The position numbers were made by a program, and so were the translations under genes. Below are positions 17,430 to 30,660 of a stretch of DNA of 64,000 nucleotides, piece by piece (positions within the stretch are counted from its first letter, which is position 1; every line of letters starts with the position of its first letter). Under the pieces are notes generated by a model, which saw nothing but the letters and a program-made list of their open reading frames with translations, was not told where the DNA came from and ran no database searches. The DNA is from the human T2T-CHM13v2.0 reference genome, Homo sapiens: NCBI RefSeq assembly GCF_009914755.1, contig NC_060937.1. One strand, 5' to 3'.

Positions 17430-20400
17430 AAAACAATTGTTTAAGGCCATGTCAGCTATACTCACACTCCAAATGCAAATTATAAGCACTACTATTATTT
17501 TTCTCATCAGCCCTCCAACGGCTGGAACTGTGGCCCTTCCAGTTTCTTCCTCCTGATAAGAAGGCTTACTCTTCCTGAGATATATGGCTACTAGCTCTCA
17601 GGTTACTGTGCTGCTTATCCTTGGTACTTCCTTAACATACCATAACCTCCCCCAGACCATTCCATTGTCTCCTAAGAACCATGTTTTTTCATTACTGCTC
17701 CTGTATTCTACCAGAGGCAGAGGACAATAGGGGAGATATGAGCGGTGGACAGAAACTACAGAAAGCTGGCACAAGTTTGGGAAACACATCTACACTGGGA
17801 GGTATAAACACATCCTCTTTACACTTGGTTTCTTTATTCTCACACACTTCCAAATAGCATGCTTTTGCCATACTGCTGGAGGAGTAGCTTGCCCATCCCT
17901 TTCCCTGGCTTGAGTTTCTCCTGCCCTCTTTCTTTCTTTGGTGGAGCTCTGGATTCTGGGTACACAGTGTAATCATCACAATTGCTGTTTCTTGCCAGCT
18001 GTCCCTTGTTTGGTGCATGCCAGGTCTGAGAATCGAACTCCTTCCAAGGACAGTAAGGTAACAGCTTTTTGTTGTTGCTGCCATCTCTCACCCTTTTCTT
18101 CTCCTGTAGAACAGCACATACTTCTCCATCTCCAACCAAATGTTTCCCACAGTCAAGCACTAGTTTTGGTACACAATGTAATCAGTAGATGCTCTTTTGG
18201 AGGGATTTCTCTATGTAACAGTGCTTTGTGCAGGGTTTTCTTATTTTCATGTTTAGGATTGTTTATTTATTTGCTCCCAGAAGAGCCATTACTAGTCAAG
18301 ACCATGTGAACATTATATAATTCTTGATATTTATTTATGTTGTCTTTCAGATTAAAAAATGATTTTGTCCAAGTTATTAATCAGATGTTACAAAACCATT
18401 TATTGAATGATCTTGGACTTTCCCAATTATTTCTTTAAGAGAGATAATTCCAGATTCACATACAGTTGTAAAAAATATGTAAAAAAAATATGCAGAGAGA
18501 TCCAGTGCACCCTTTATTCACTTTCCTCCAGTGGTCTTTTCCTCTTGCAGAACTGTAGTAGAATATCTCAACCAGGATATTTTCACTGATACAGCAGAGA
18601 TACAGAACATTTTGGTCACCACAAGGATACTTTCTATTGTATTTTTATAGCTCCTCTCTCTTCCCTCCTATGTCTACTCTCTCCTTTGTTGGCAACCACT
18701 CATCAGTTTTCCATTTCTATAATTTGGTCATCTTCAGAATGTTAAATAAATAGAATTATATAGTTTGTAACCTTTTGAAGCTGACATTTTTTTCACTCAG
18801 CCTATGCCCTTGAGATCCATCTAGGTTGTTGTGTTTATCAGTAGTTCATTCTTTTGTATTGCCGAATAGTATTCCATGGTGTGTAAGTACCACTTTGCTT
18901 AACTGTTCACCCTGAAGAAGATCTGGGTTGTTTTCTTTTTGGCTATCATGAGTAAAGCTGTAAATATTCATGTACAGGTTTTTGTGTAAACAGAATTTTT
19001 CATTTATCTGGGATAAATGCCTAAGCGTGTATTTGCTGGATTGTATGGTATTTGCATGTTAATTCAAATAAACTACCAAACTGTATTGCAGAGGGGCTGT
19101 ACCATTTTCCATTTTCACAAACAATTTATAAATGAGCTGGTTTCTCTTTAATGTCATCAGCATTTGGTGTTGGCACTACTTTAAATTTTTGTTTTGCTAG
19201 ATATCTGGTGATATCTAATTGTGGTTTTAATTTGTATTTCCTCAATGGCTAATGATGTTAAACATTTTTCTTATGTGATTCTTTGCCTTCTATATACCCT
19301 CTTAGTGAAATGTCTCTTCATATAGTTTATCCATTTCAAATTGGATTGTTTACTATTTGAATGTTGAGTTTTGAGAGTTCTTTATATATTCTAGATGCTA
19401 GTGCTTTGTGAGATACATGGTTTTCACATATTTTCTCAGTCTATAATTTGTCTTTCCATCCTTTTAACAAGATCTTTCACAGAGCAAATTTTTTTATTGT
19501 GAAATTAATTTAGCAATCTTTTCTTAAATAGACTGGGTTTTTAGTGTCAAATCTAAGAATTTTTTCCATAGTTCTAGATCCAAAGAGTTTTTTCTTATGT
19601 TATTTCCTAAAACATTTTTACTTTTGTACATTTAAGCCTGTGATCCATTTTAATTTTTCAAATCAAATGTGACTTAGGCCAAAGTTCTTTTCCCCACTTA
19701 TAGATGTCCAATTGCTTCAGTACTACTTTTTGAAAAAGCTATATTTCCTCGATTGTATTGCTTTTGTACCTTTGTAAAAAATCAGTTGGAAATATGTAAT
19801 ATGTGTGGGTTTATTTCTGGATTCTCTATCCTATTCCATTGATCCATGTGTCTCTTCCTCTGCCAGTACCACTCAGTATTGATTACTGTAGCTATCTAAC
19901 TCTTGAAATTGGGTAGACAGATCCCTCTCACTTTATTCTTCTTTTTCAGAATAGTTTTTAGCTGTCCTAGTTCCTTTACCTTTCCATGTAAATATTGAAA
20001 TAATCTGTCTGTATCTATAAGAAATCTTGCTGGGGTTTTGACAGGAGTTACATTAAGCTGATAAATCAATTTAGGGAAAACATGGGATATCTCTCCTATT
20101 TAAGTCTTTAATTTCTTTAATCAGTATTTCATAGTTTTCAGCATGCAAATCCTGTACATGTTTTGTCATATTTACACTTTGTATTACATTTTTAGCAGCT
20201 GTAAATAGTAATGTATTTTCAGTGTGGGTGTCCACATATTAATTGTGAGTATATACAAATACAATTGATTTTGTGTGCTTATCTTTTATCCTGAGATCTT
20301 GTTCATTCACTTTTTACTTCTGGGAGGTTTCTGTAGATATCTTGGGGTATTTTACACAGCCAGTAATATCATCTGCAAATAGGGCAGTTTTTTTTCTTAC

Positions 20401-20996
20401 TTTTCAATCTGTATGCCTATTATCTCCTTTATTTGCCTTATAGTACTAGCTAGAACCTCCAGCACTATACTGAATAAGAACAGTGAGGACAGACATACTT
20501 CCTTGCCTTGTTCTTGATCTTAAGTGGAAAGCATTCAGTCTTTTACCATTAAGTATAATGTTAGCTGAAGACTTTCTGTAGATGCTTATTACCAAATTTA
20601 AGAAATTCTCTTCTATTAGCATTTTTCTAAGAGTTTTTATGACGAAAAAATTTGTCAAATGCATTTTAGGCAACAATATAATCATGTGACGTTTCTTCTT
20701 TAGCCTGTTGATGTGAAGGATTGTATAAACTGATTTTCAAATCTTAAACTGGCCTGCATACCTGGCATAAACCCTGCTTTGTCATGGTGTCTGATTCGTT
20801 TCACACATTGCTGGACTCTATTTGTTAGTATTTTGTTAAGGATATTTCTGTTTATATTCATGAGGAATAAGAGTCTGTAGTTTTCTTTGTACTGTCTTTT
20901 TTCTGGTTTTCATATCAGGGCAATACTACACTAGTTTCATAAAATGAATTGGAAAGTCTTCCATCTTCAATTTTCTGGAAGAGATTGTATGAATTG

Positions 20997-21132
20997 CTCC
21001 CCTCCTCCTCCCTCCCTCCCTCCCTTCCTCCCTTCCTTCTTCCCTTCCTTCCTCCCTTCCTTCCTCCCTCCCTTCCGTCCTTCTTTCTTTCCTTCCCTTC
21101 TTCCTCTTCCTTCTTTTTTTTCTTCTTTCTTT
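20997..21132. repeat. Polypyrimidine (CCCT/CCTT/CTT)n microsatellite
   Basis: About 135 bp, almost purely C/T on the plus strand, directly abutting the 3' end of the Y4 copy. Confidence 0.95.
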
Positions 21133-21221
21133 CAGTCAAATTTAGCAGTGGGGGGTTGTATACCAACTTTAATGCCATCAATGTTAATAAATTCTGATAA
21201 CTCATTACCATACGACCAGCT
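21133..21221 (-). pseudogene. Y RNA (RNY4) retropseudogene
   Basis: Minus strand reads agctggtcgtatggtaatgagttatcagaatttattaacattgatggcattaaagttggtatacaaccccccactgctaaatttgactg, about 10 mismatches in 89 nt against hY4 as I recall it. Confidence 0.93.
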
Positions 21222-21881
21222 TAATTCTTCTTTAAATGTTTGAATTTTCTAGTGAAATCATTTGAGCCAACAGATTTCTTTTTTGGAAACTTTAAAATTA
21301 TGAATTCAATTTTCTTAATAGTTATAGGGCTATTCAAATTATGTGTTTATGTTTGTGCGTACGTAGTAGCTTGTGTTTTTTGTGGAACTGGTCCATGTCT
21401 TTTGAGATATCGTATTGATGTGTGAAGAATTATTCATAATATTTCCTTGATATCCTTTTTTAAATTTATTTTTAATGGGCAAACAATAGTTGTATATATT
21501 TCTGGGGTACAATGTAATGTTTTGATATATGGAGCTTGATATATTTATCCTTCTATCATTACATAATGTCCCTCTCTGTCACTTATAATTTTCTTTATTT
21601 CAAAAGTCTACTTTTCTGATATTAATATAGCCCATCTTGCTTTATTTTAAGCTTTGCATGATATATGTTTTTAATACTTTTACTTTTAACCTACCTATAT
21701 ATATATTTTCAAAGTGAGTTTCTTAAAGACAATATATAGTTTTTATATTTTATTCCATGCTGACAGTTTTTAATTGATGTATTTAGACCATTTATTTTTG
21801 ATGTACTCATTGATATGTCAGAGCTAAATCTGCCATTTTATTTTTTGCTTTTCTATTTTTTTCTACCTCCCTGTGGCTTAA

Positions 21882-22214
<333 letters not shown>

Positions 22215-22337
22215 TGATTTATCTAGAGTATTTTTGGGTGTGTCTCTTGGTAAAATTTTTTAGTGGTTGCTCTAAATATTTACATATACATAAAGTTTTC
22301 ACAGTCTACTGGTGTTGGCATTTTACTAGGTAAAATG

Positions 22338-22612
22338 TTTTTTATTTTTATTTTTACTTTTAGAAGCAGGGTCTCACTCTGTAGCCCAGGATGGAATGCT
22401 ATGGTGCAATTTCGGCTCACTGCAGCCGGGAACTCTGGGCTCAGGTGAGCCTCCTGCCTCAGTCTGCTGAGTAGTTGGGATTATAGGCAGCATCACTTTG
22501 CTTAACTGTTCAAAAATTTTTTTCATGGATCGGGGGTTTGTTATGTTGCCCAGGCTGGTCTTAAACTCCTGGGCTCAAGTGATCCTCCCGCCTTGGTCTC
22601 CCAAAGTGTTGC
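22338..22612 (-). mobile_element. AluJ, diverged, 5' end clipped and followed by (TATG)n at ~22614-22635
   Basis: Reverse-complement Alu dimer ending cccaaagtgttg, then a tatg repeat. Confidence 0.85.
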
Positions 22613-24036
22613 GTATGTATGTATGTATGTATGTATTAGCTTAGACTTTATATTTTTTATTCATTTCAAGCATGCTTGTAATTGCTCATTGAGTAATTTT
22701 TATGGATATTTTAAAATCTTTGCTAGATCATTCTAACAGCTCTGTCGCCTTAGTATTAACATTTATTGGTTACATTCTTTCCTTCAGTTTGAGATCTTCC
22801 TGCTTCTTGATATAATGAGCGACTTTCAATTGAAACCTGGGCATTTTAAGTGTTATATATTATGAAACACTGGATCTAGTTAAACCTCTTTTTTCCTTTC
22901 TTTCTTTAACTATGATCTGTCAGTGGAACAGGCAACTTACCCTCCCGTTACTCCCAGGTATGGGTAAAAGTCCAGGTTCCACCTCTGGTTTCTATTCATA
23001 CCTGATGGCTGGTGGAGGAGGACTGCTCATTACTGCCGGGTGGGGGTGGGAGTTCCAGCTCTTCACTAGGTCTCCAACGTTACCTTCTCAACTAGGAGGG
23101 ATACGTGTGCCTCATTACTGCTCCCCACATGGGGTGTATGTCCCTTTATTGCTAGGAGGTAATAAAAGATCACTAAGTGTCCTGTGACAATGCTAGAGTG
23201 GGGAGCTTAAGGGACCCTTGTTTTTGCCAGGTGGGAGTAGAAAGAAGTCCCTGTTTCCCATGTGGTCTCTACTGATACTGTGAGAGAAGGAAAAGGGGAA
23301 GTTAGTTGGGATAAGTGTCCTGGCTTTGTACCCAGCCTTTGCTAACACCATCCTGTAAGGGTGAAAATGTAATGTCTCTTTATAGCCAGGTGAGGGGGGA
23401 TGTCTAGGCTCTCCACCGGGCCTTGTTGGCATGAGTAGGGCCATATTTTTTTCTTTTGTTTGTTGAAATAGAGCCCTTATTATCTAAATATTTTCTGTCT
23501 TGCTAAGCTTCTTCTTTTTCATCCTTTGTCTAAAGAGAATATGTTTTGGTTGCCTTTTTTTTTTTTTGTCTTTAGCCAGTTGTATTTCTGAGTTGACAGC
23601 TTCTTTATCTCTAAGTGTGGGATATATGACGCAAAAATAAAACCCAGGGGACTCACTGCAATGTTGTTCTTTGGGTCACAAGGTACCTGGCTGAGCTACC
23701 CTTTTCTCCCACTCTTTCAAAGTCCCTGTATGTTTGTTTAATATATAGTGTCCAAGTTTTTAAGTTTTATTTAGTAGGAGGAATAATAAAGGTATGTCAA
23801 CGCCATCTTTTTCTGGGAGCAGAAATCTCTTGATGATTTTTAGTGCTCTCTTTATTGTGTGTTAATGTCTAATACATGACGGTTTCTACTAGTTCTGTGC
23901 TATGATATTTCATACTGTTTTAATAAAGCTACAATTTTTAAATTTTGTGACATTACCATTTTAATTAGTCCAGTTTTATAATATATTTTAATATCTAGTT
24001 AGATGAATCCCTTTCAACTTCCTGATGAACTTTAGA

Positions 24037-24160
24037 GATACTATATTTGCAGAATAAATTTTATAATGATTTTTATGGGGGTTACCATACTTAAAAATGA
24101 TACTATATTTGCAGAATAAATTTTATAATGATTTTTATGGGGGTTACCATACTTAAAAAT
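24037..24160. repeat. Perfect 62-bp tandem duplication
   Basis: gatactatatttgcagaataaattttataatgatttttatgggggttaccatacttaaaaat x2 (24037-24098, 24099-24160). Confidence 0.97.
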
Positions 24161-24359
24161 GAATTTTGAAATAATACAAAATTTTGTATTTTTCCCAACT
24201 ACGAATGATGTATGTCTCCTTAAATAACTTTTTCTTAGATTGAATAAATTTTGTATTTTGCTTCATATTGGGCATACACATTTCTTATTGTGGTTACTCC
24301 TATAAAAAATCTATTTGTCTGTCTTTCTGTCTATTATCTACCTTTGCTGTTATGAATAG

Positions 24360-24560
24360 GAAGGAGCATGGTTGGTTTAGTTGTAAAGCGACTAAACCAG
24401 ATAGTTTGGGCCATTATTTACCAGCTAAATGATCATGATGAGTAACTAATTGCCTTAAATTTCAATTTCCTCATCTATATGTTGGATAGTAATAACATCT
24501 ACTCATAGGTATGAGATAATACATGCAAAGTGATTTTAACACTCAATGTGGTACACAGTG
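24360..24560 (+). mobile_element. MIR
   Basis: ccattatttaccagct...caatttcctcatctatat...aataacatctactcatagg core. Confidence 0.6.
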
Positions 24561-26844
24561 ATAATTTTAGTGTATTTTCACAATATTTTAACTAATTGTT
24601 ATTATATAGAAATGCTACTGTATATTTGCTTTTCTCTTGCCATTTTATGACCTTTTCTATTAATTCTAACAGATTTTTTGGTTGAAATTTTTGGTATGTC
24701 TAGGACTACTAATATATTATCTTAATATAATGACTTTTTATTTCTCTTTATACTGTTTTTTTCCTATTTTTATTTCAAATTGCATAGAATTTCCAGATAA
24801 ATAACAATGGTTATAGTGGAACTATTATTTCTGTTAGGTGAGTATTATTGTGGACACTGTGAAAAGTAAAAAGTATTAAAGTCAAAGATTCTAGTATCCA
24901 GATTATATGACTATATAATGATGACTTTGAGCTATGATTATTAACCTGAAAAGGAATACTGTGATTGTCTAATAAATTTTTAAAGACTTTATTCCATGTT
25001 TCATGTTTGAGTAAAAGTTCAAAATGCCAACAAAACTTTGAACATCATCAAGAACAATATTAGAAACGAATCTTTGATCTACCTCTGTTTGTAACTAAAT
25101 TGCCTGTACAGTGTGTGCAGCAGAAGCTCGTGTACCACCCTTGAGTGATGTGTCAGAACCAGAAAAGTCCTAGGAAAGCTAGCCCACATAATTGCAGCTT
25201 GGTTAATGTGGACACAAATTTATTCAATATGTCCCCAAAGACTTGGATAATAGATAGCCTTTGACACTTTAGTGATTTTAGGACAATTAAGTAGCACTTC
25301 TTATCACAATTAGTGTAAACTAATAAAACTCTGTCTGATGTCTCAATGGAACAGCTCATCTTGCATTTAGAGGAATTGGGATTAGCACACACATAACACA
25401 CATCCTCTCAGGACAGTGACGCCTAAATACGTCTCTCCAGGACTGGCCTTTTCCACCCCTGTAACATTTTGTCTAATAATTTTATACCAGTGGAAGTGAA
25501 GTAATTCAGATTTGTTAATGTTCATTACCTTTCATTGAGGAATTTCTTGTTTAGAAGCAATTTAAGCCACTTTTTCTTTTTTCAGCTCCTTCTCTGAATT
25601 AACAGCTTTCCTTTTACTTATGTATTTCTGGGATCAAATTGACAAATCCCTTTCAAGTGCTCATTTTGCCTTAGCATTCAATTTACCTCTGGCCCCTTAA
25701 ACATTTGCTGGTTATCCACTTGGCAAATCATTCAGCAATTTCCCCATGTAACTGTTCTGGCAACGGTAGAGTTCAAAGGCATAACTAACTACAAATGAGA
25801 ATCTAACTACACCAGAGACTGCATGTCTGTTTCACTCACTTGCTTTAAAAAAGACAGGAGTTGAACTTTGCTTTGAAATAAAATGATTATATTATATATT
25901 GAGCTATTTTTTCCTCCTTTTGGTGAGGATTTCAGGACAGTATTGCTTAATTAGAAATGCATGTTAACGTATTCTGTTGCCATCATTATAGTTTTAAAAT
26001 AAAAGTAATGAAAAGTCAAGCTATTTACTTTTACATATAGGAATATCTTTATGTGGGATGAATTAGTTTTTAGTAATTAGTGTTTAAAAGCTAGAAATTA
26101 ACACAATAAATATTTTTCCTTTTACAGCATCAAGATGGCTAAATATTTCTTATGAAGGTTCAATTACAGATTAATATTTATTTTGGTTATTTCATGATCA
26201 TTTTCCATTGTGTCTGGAGAATTTATGCCAAAGAGTTAGAATTTACCTGAAATTGATTGGAATCTTTAATTTTTCCTTCAATGAAATATGAGAATTATAA
26301 ATTATAAGGTAGTAAAATTAAAGAGCACAGTTAGTAGTTTGGAATTTTTATATTTTGGGAGATAACTGCTTATATAAAAAGACATTTCAGAGCTTTTATA
26401 GTGATTACAGATAATATTTTTATTTATTAATATCCTTTTCATTACATACTCGCAAGTTTATATTTAGTCATTTGTTGATTGGGAAAGTAATTTAATTTTC
26501 CTATGCATGTAACATCCCTATAAATTGAATAGCTTACCTTTATGACTATTTGTATTCGAATACTAGTTTCTAGTAACTATTAAGTAACTTGCGTTTCTTT
26601 ATTATTTTTATCCACGAAAAGAAGTAACCTCTTAGCTTCAGTTTTATGTTTTTCTTTAATTTAAAATTGATTGGAAAATCAAATTCTCTTTTGCTTTCCT
26701 TGTCATGACCCAATATAATTTCACTAATCTATGAAGACTAGGAGGAACATGAGGACAATCCTGGCACTCATTTTATTTAATGTTCATGGGAGTGGCTAGC
26801 AAAGTTGCAGGTGGAGGAGGGAGAGGATGAGGGCAGACTCTCAA

Positions 26845-26845
<1 letters not shown>

Positions 26846-26883
<38 letters not shown>
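26846..26883. repeat. (TG)19 microsatellite
   Basis: Uninterrupted TG tract. Confidence 0.97.
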
Positions 26884-26886
<3 letters not shown>

Positions 26887-27397
26887 CTATATAGGAAGAA
26901 TAACTTCTGGGTAATCTAGAAGATGTTCTGGGGGTGGGATGGGCAGTATGATGTGGGCTACACAGCTAAATAAATATTAATGAACAGTTTCATAAGTACT
27001 TACCTTGTTTTTTTTTCCAGTGGTGCTCTACTTGTTTGACAGAAATTGTTCTGGTTATACTAAGAAAATGTGATTCTATTTTATCCTAAAAGAATCACCT
27101 CCAGTGATAATTTCTTTTCTAATACTCTTCCTACTCTAGCTATAACTTGAATTGAGTCCTTAATGATTAAAATCTTTAGAATTTAATCTTCACGGAAGAT
27201 TGTAATTATGGTTCTCTTATTTTGTAGTATCCATCCCTTCTAAAAATTGGAAGAATTAAACATTTACAGGCTAATTTCTGTTACCTATGACTCATGCTAT
27301 TTAGCTTTGCCCTACATACTTTTTGCAGGGTATTTCCTTGGTGTCTTGACTGATATGTGTATAATCCATTTTTTTGTTGTTAAAAAACACATTTGGA

Positions 27398-27500
27398 GGA
27401 GGCGGAGCTTGCAGTGAGCCGAGATTGCGCCACTGCAGTCCAGCCTGGGCGACAGAGCCAGACTCCGTCTCAAAAAAAAAAAAAAAAACAAAAACAACAA
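27398..27500 (+). mobile_element. 5'-truncated young AluY (3' ~75 nt plus A tail)
   Basis: ggaggcggagcttgcagtgagccgagattgcgccactgcagtccagcc. Perfect TSD aaaaaacacatttgga at 27382-27397 and 27501-27516. Canonical tt/aaaa site. Confidence 0.95.
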
Positions 27501-28597
27501 AAAAAACACATTTGGAAAGTTTATTTTCTAGCTTTATTTCCCTTATATTCATTCTTAGGACCTTACATAACTTTGCCCTAGAGGATTTTGGTATAGCTAC
27601 TTAAGAAAAGTTTTTCTTTTTTTACATTGCCTTACCCTGTGGGCATGAGTTTATCCTGTAAGGGGTTACATGTTCTATTTTCTGTAGCAGCAATTCCAGA
27701 TCTGGGGATTTATATACCTTTAGGAACTGTGAATCCCCTGAAATTTTGTATATTAATGCAAATTTTGTATCTTAATCCCTCTCTGGAGAGAGAGTCTATC
27801 TATATACAGCTTTTATCAGATTATCAAAGGTGCCTCTGACCCAAAAATGATTAAGCTTTGCAACAGAATGTCATCTAGACGTTTTGCAGTTTTCATTGGC
27901 CCATATAAATTGGAAAAGGCAAAGCTATTTAAACACACACAGTCATAAGTCAAGGACATCCATTGTGATGGAGGGGGTGGGGCTGGTTGGGGCAATGCAA
28001 AAAGGATGGGCAGGTGGGTGGGTTCAGGCTGACATCTGTTACATTTGTGCAGTTTTTTGGCTTAAGTACAGTTACTCACATTCATTGACAGTAATTCTTG
28101 AAATACTTCATTCATTGCTAGCAATTCTGAGATAATTTGTTTCAAAGATTTATTTCTAAGACAGAAATATTGATATTTCTATGCAGATCATGAACTTGTA
28201 ATAACTTCTATTTGTTTGATTTATTTTACTCAGCCTCCTGCATTCCTTTGGTAGCTTTTTGTATTGACACGATTGGTGTGAGCAACTAAGTATGTGTAAG
28301 TAAATTTAAATATATGTTTGATCAAAACCCTGAAGGTATTTTTTTTTTCTAGATTAAAGGAAAACTTGCAAATTATCTTCTCTCACTCCATCTTTCCCAA
28401 CATCCATAGTTTTCTTGGTGCTGGTCTAGCCCCTATGAATCCATCTATCATACATACACATAAGTACTTTTTCTAAAATGTAAGTCTGATCCTGCAGCAC
28501 CTTAAAATCTTTCAATGGAAATTTACAAGGTTCTTGATAATTTGCAAACCAGTTAGCTTAGCACGCATGAAAGTCTGTGTGAAATAGAGCCCATAAC

Positions 28598-28676
28598 GCG
28601 CGCTCGCTCTCTCTCTCTCTTTTAAAGACACAGTCTCACTCTGTCGCCCGGGCTGGAGCGCAGTGGCGCAATCTCG
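28598..28676 (-). mobile_element. Severely truncated Alu (~52 nt) with (CG)(CT)n in place of the tail
   Basis: Alu 3' end at 28625-28676. TSD agagcccataac at 28586-28597 and 28677-28688. Confidence 0.88.
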
Positions 28677-28809
28677 AGAGCCCATAACTCTCTATCTTCA
28701 CTTCAACTGCCCCACACCTTCTCTTCACTTTAGTCATGGGATCTATTATACATACAGTATTTGGCATGCGTCACGAAATTTTATAATTTTATAAAAACAA
28801 AAACAATAG

Positions 28810-29020
28810 CAATAATAACAGTAGCCAGCATTTGTGAAGCACATACTCTGCACCTGGCACTGTGCTTTCCTCCTTGACATGTATTATCTTGTGTAATTGT
28901 GACAACAGATCCATGAGGTAAAGGTACCATTATTAGATCCACCTTACTGAGGGCTCAGAGGGCTAATAAACTTAATGAGGAATATTTAGAATAAGTGGAA
29001 GAAAGTAAGTCCAAACCCAA
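28810..29020 (-). mobile_element. MIR
   Basis: tagccagcatttgtgaagcac...ggcactgtgct...ccatgaggta...ttactgagggctcagag. Confidence 0.65.
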
Positions 29021-29332
29021 ATCCCCCTATTTGCACATACTGTTTTCTGTGCCTGAAATGTTTTTCCTTTCCTACATAGTAATTCTTGTTTTCAGAACAC
29101 AGTCCAGGAATGACCTTTCCTGAAGAACATTTTCTGACATCCTTTTCCATTATAATTTAGTTGACTCCTCTATCTTTCCAAGGAGCCCTGTGAATGCCTT
29201 TACTTTTATACTACTCTAATACATTTGTTATTTACTTATTAATTTACAAATAACTGTTTGGCCAGCTATAAGCTCTGGGGACTACATTTTAAATTTGTTA
29301 GTAACGTCTTATAATTGGGATATTTTAATGCC

Positions 29333-29507
29333 TGTGATCTCAAAGTATGGTCTCCACACAACAGCTGAGAACTTATGAGAAATGCAACTCCCCAGGCCTC
29401 ACTCCACATCTACGCAATCAGAAAACCTGGGAATGTGGAGCCCAGCAACTTGAGTTTTAGTTAGCCTTCCAAGTAATTTTGATTCACATCAAAATTTGGA
29501 ACTCTTG
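29333..29507. mobile_element. MER5A (hAT-Charlie MITE)
   Basis: tctcaaagtatggtc...gaaatgcaactccccaggcctcactccacatctac...aatcagaaa...cccagcaa pattern. Confidence 0.75.
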
Positions 29508-29575
29508 TTGTGGGATCATATGTGCATTGGAGACATTTCTGAAGACTTAAACTATTTCTTTTACAAGAGTCATTG

Positions 29576-29648
29576 ATATTACTGTCATGTATTTACAGTA
29601 AATATTACTGTCATGTATTTACAGTAAATATTACTGTCATGTATTTAC
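29576..29648. repeat. 26-bp tandem repeat x2.8 with internal inverted repeat
   Basis: Unit atattactgtcatgtatttacagtaa, with perfect copies starting at 29576, 29602 and 29628 (partial). Confidence 0.95.
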
Positions 29649-29989
29649 TGTGGACCAATCTCTGGAATGTGCCAGTACCGCACATTTACAATAACTTCCA
29701 GTAACATCAACAGTGTTGTCACTATAAATATGAATATTTACATGTCAGTCATTATAAATATGAATAATACATGTCAGTCTAATCTTGACTAAAAACGCTA
29801 AGGAAAACATCTTTACTAATTATGGATAGATGACAAATAAAAAAACTTTGTACACTTGTGGCCATTGATATCTACAAACAGATGAACTGCAGGCATTTTT
29901 TTTCTGGATCATTTAAGTATGATCACACTTAAGGCACAAAATATCAGGTAATATCAACTTCTATGACAGCTTCTCAAATTATTTATCTG

Positions 29990-30660
<671 letters not shown>

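Noticed and set aside
17692-18309. Three overlapping 106-130 aa ORFs
   Set aside because: No recognisable homology, and mutually overlapping on both strands. Consistent with chance ORFs.
20915-21243. Low-complexity ORFs (GGRKGGRK, PSFLPSFL)
   Set aside because: Translations of the microsatellite and the Y RNA copy.
29576-29648. CRISPR-like palindromic repeat array
   Set aside because: The repeats are contiguous with no unique spacers, there are no cas genes, and the DNA is primate.
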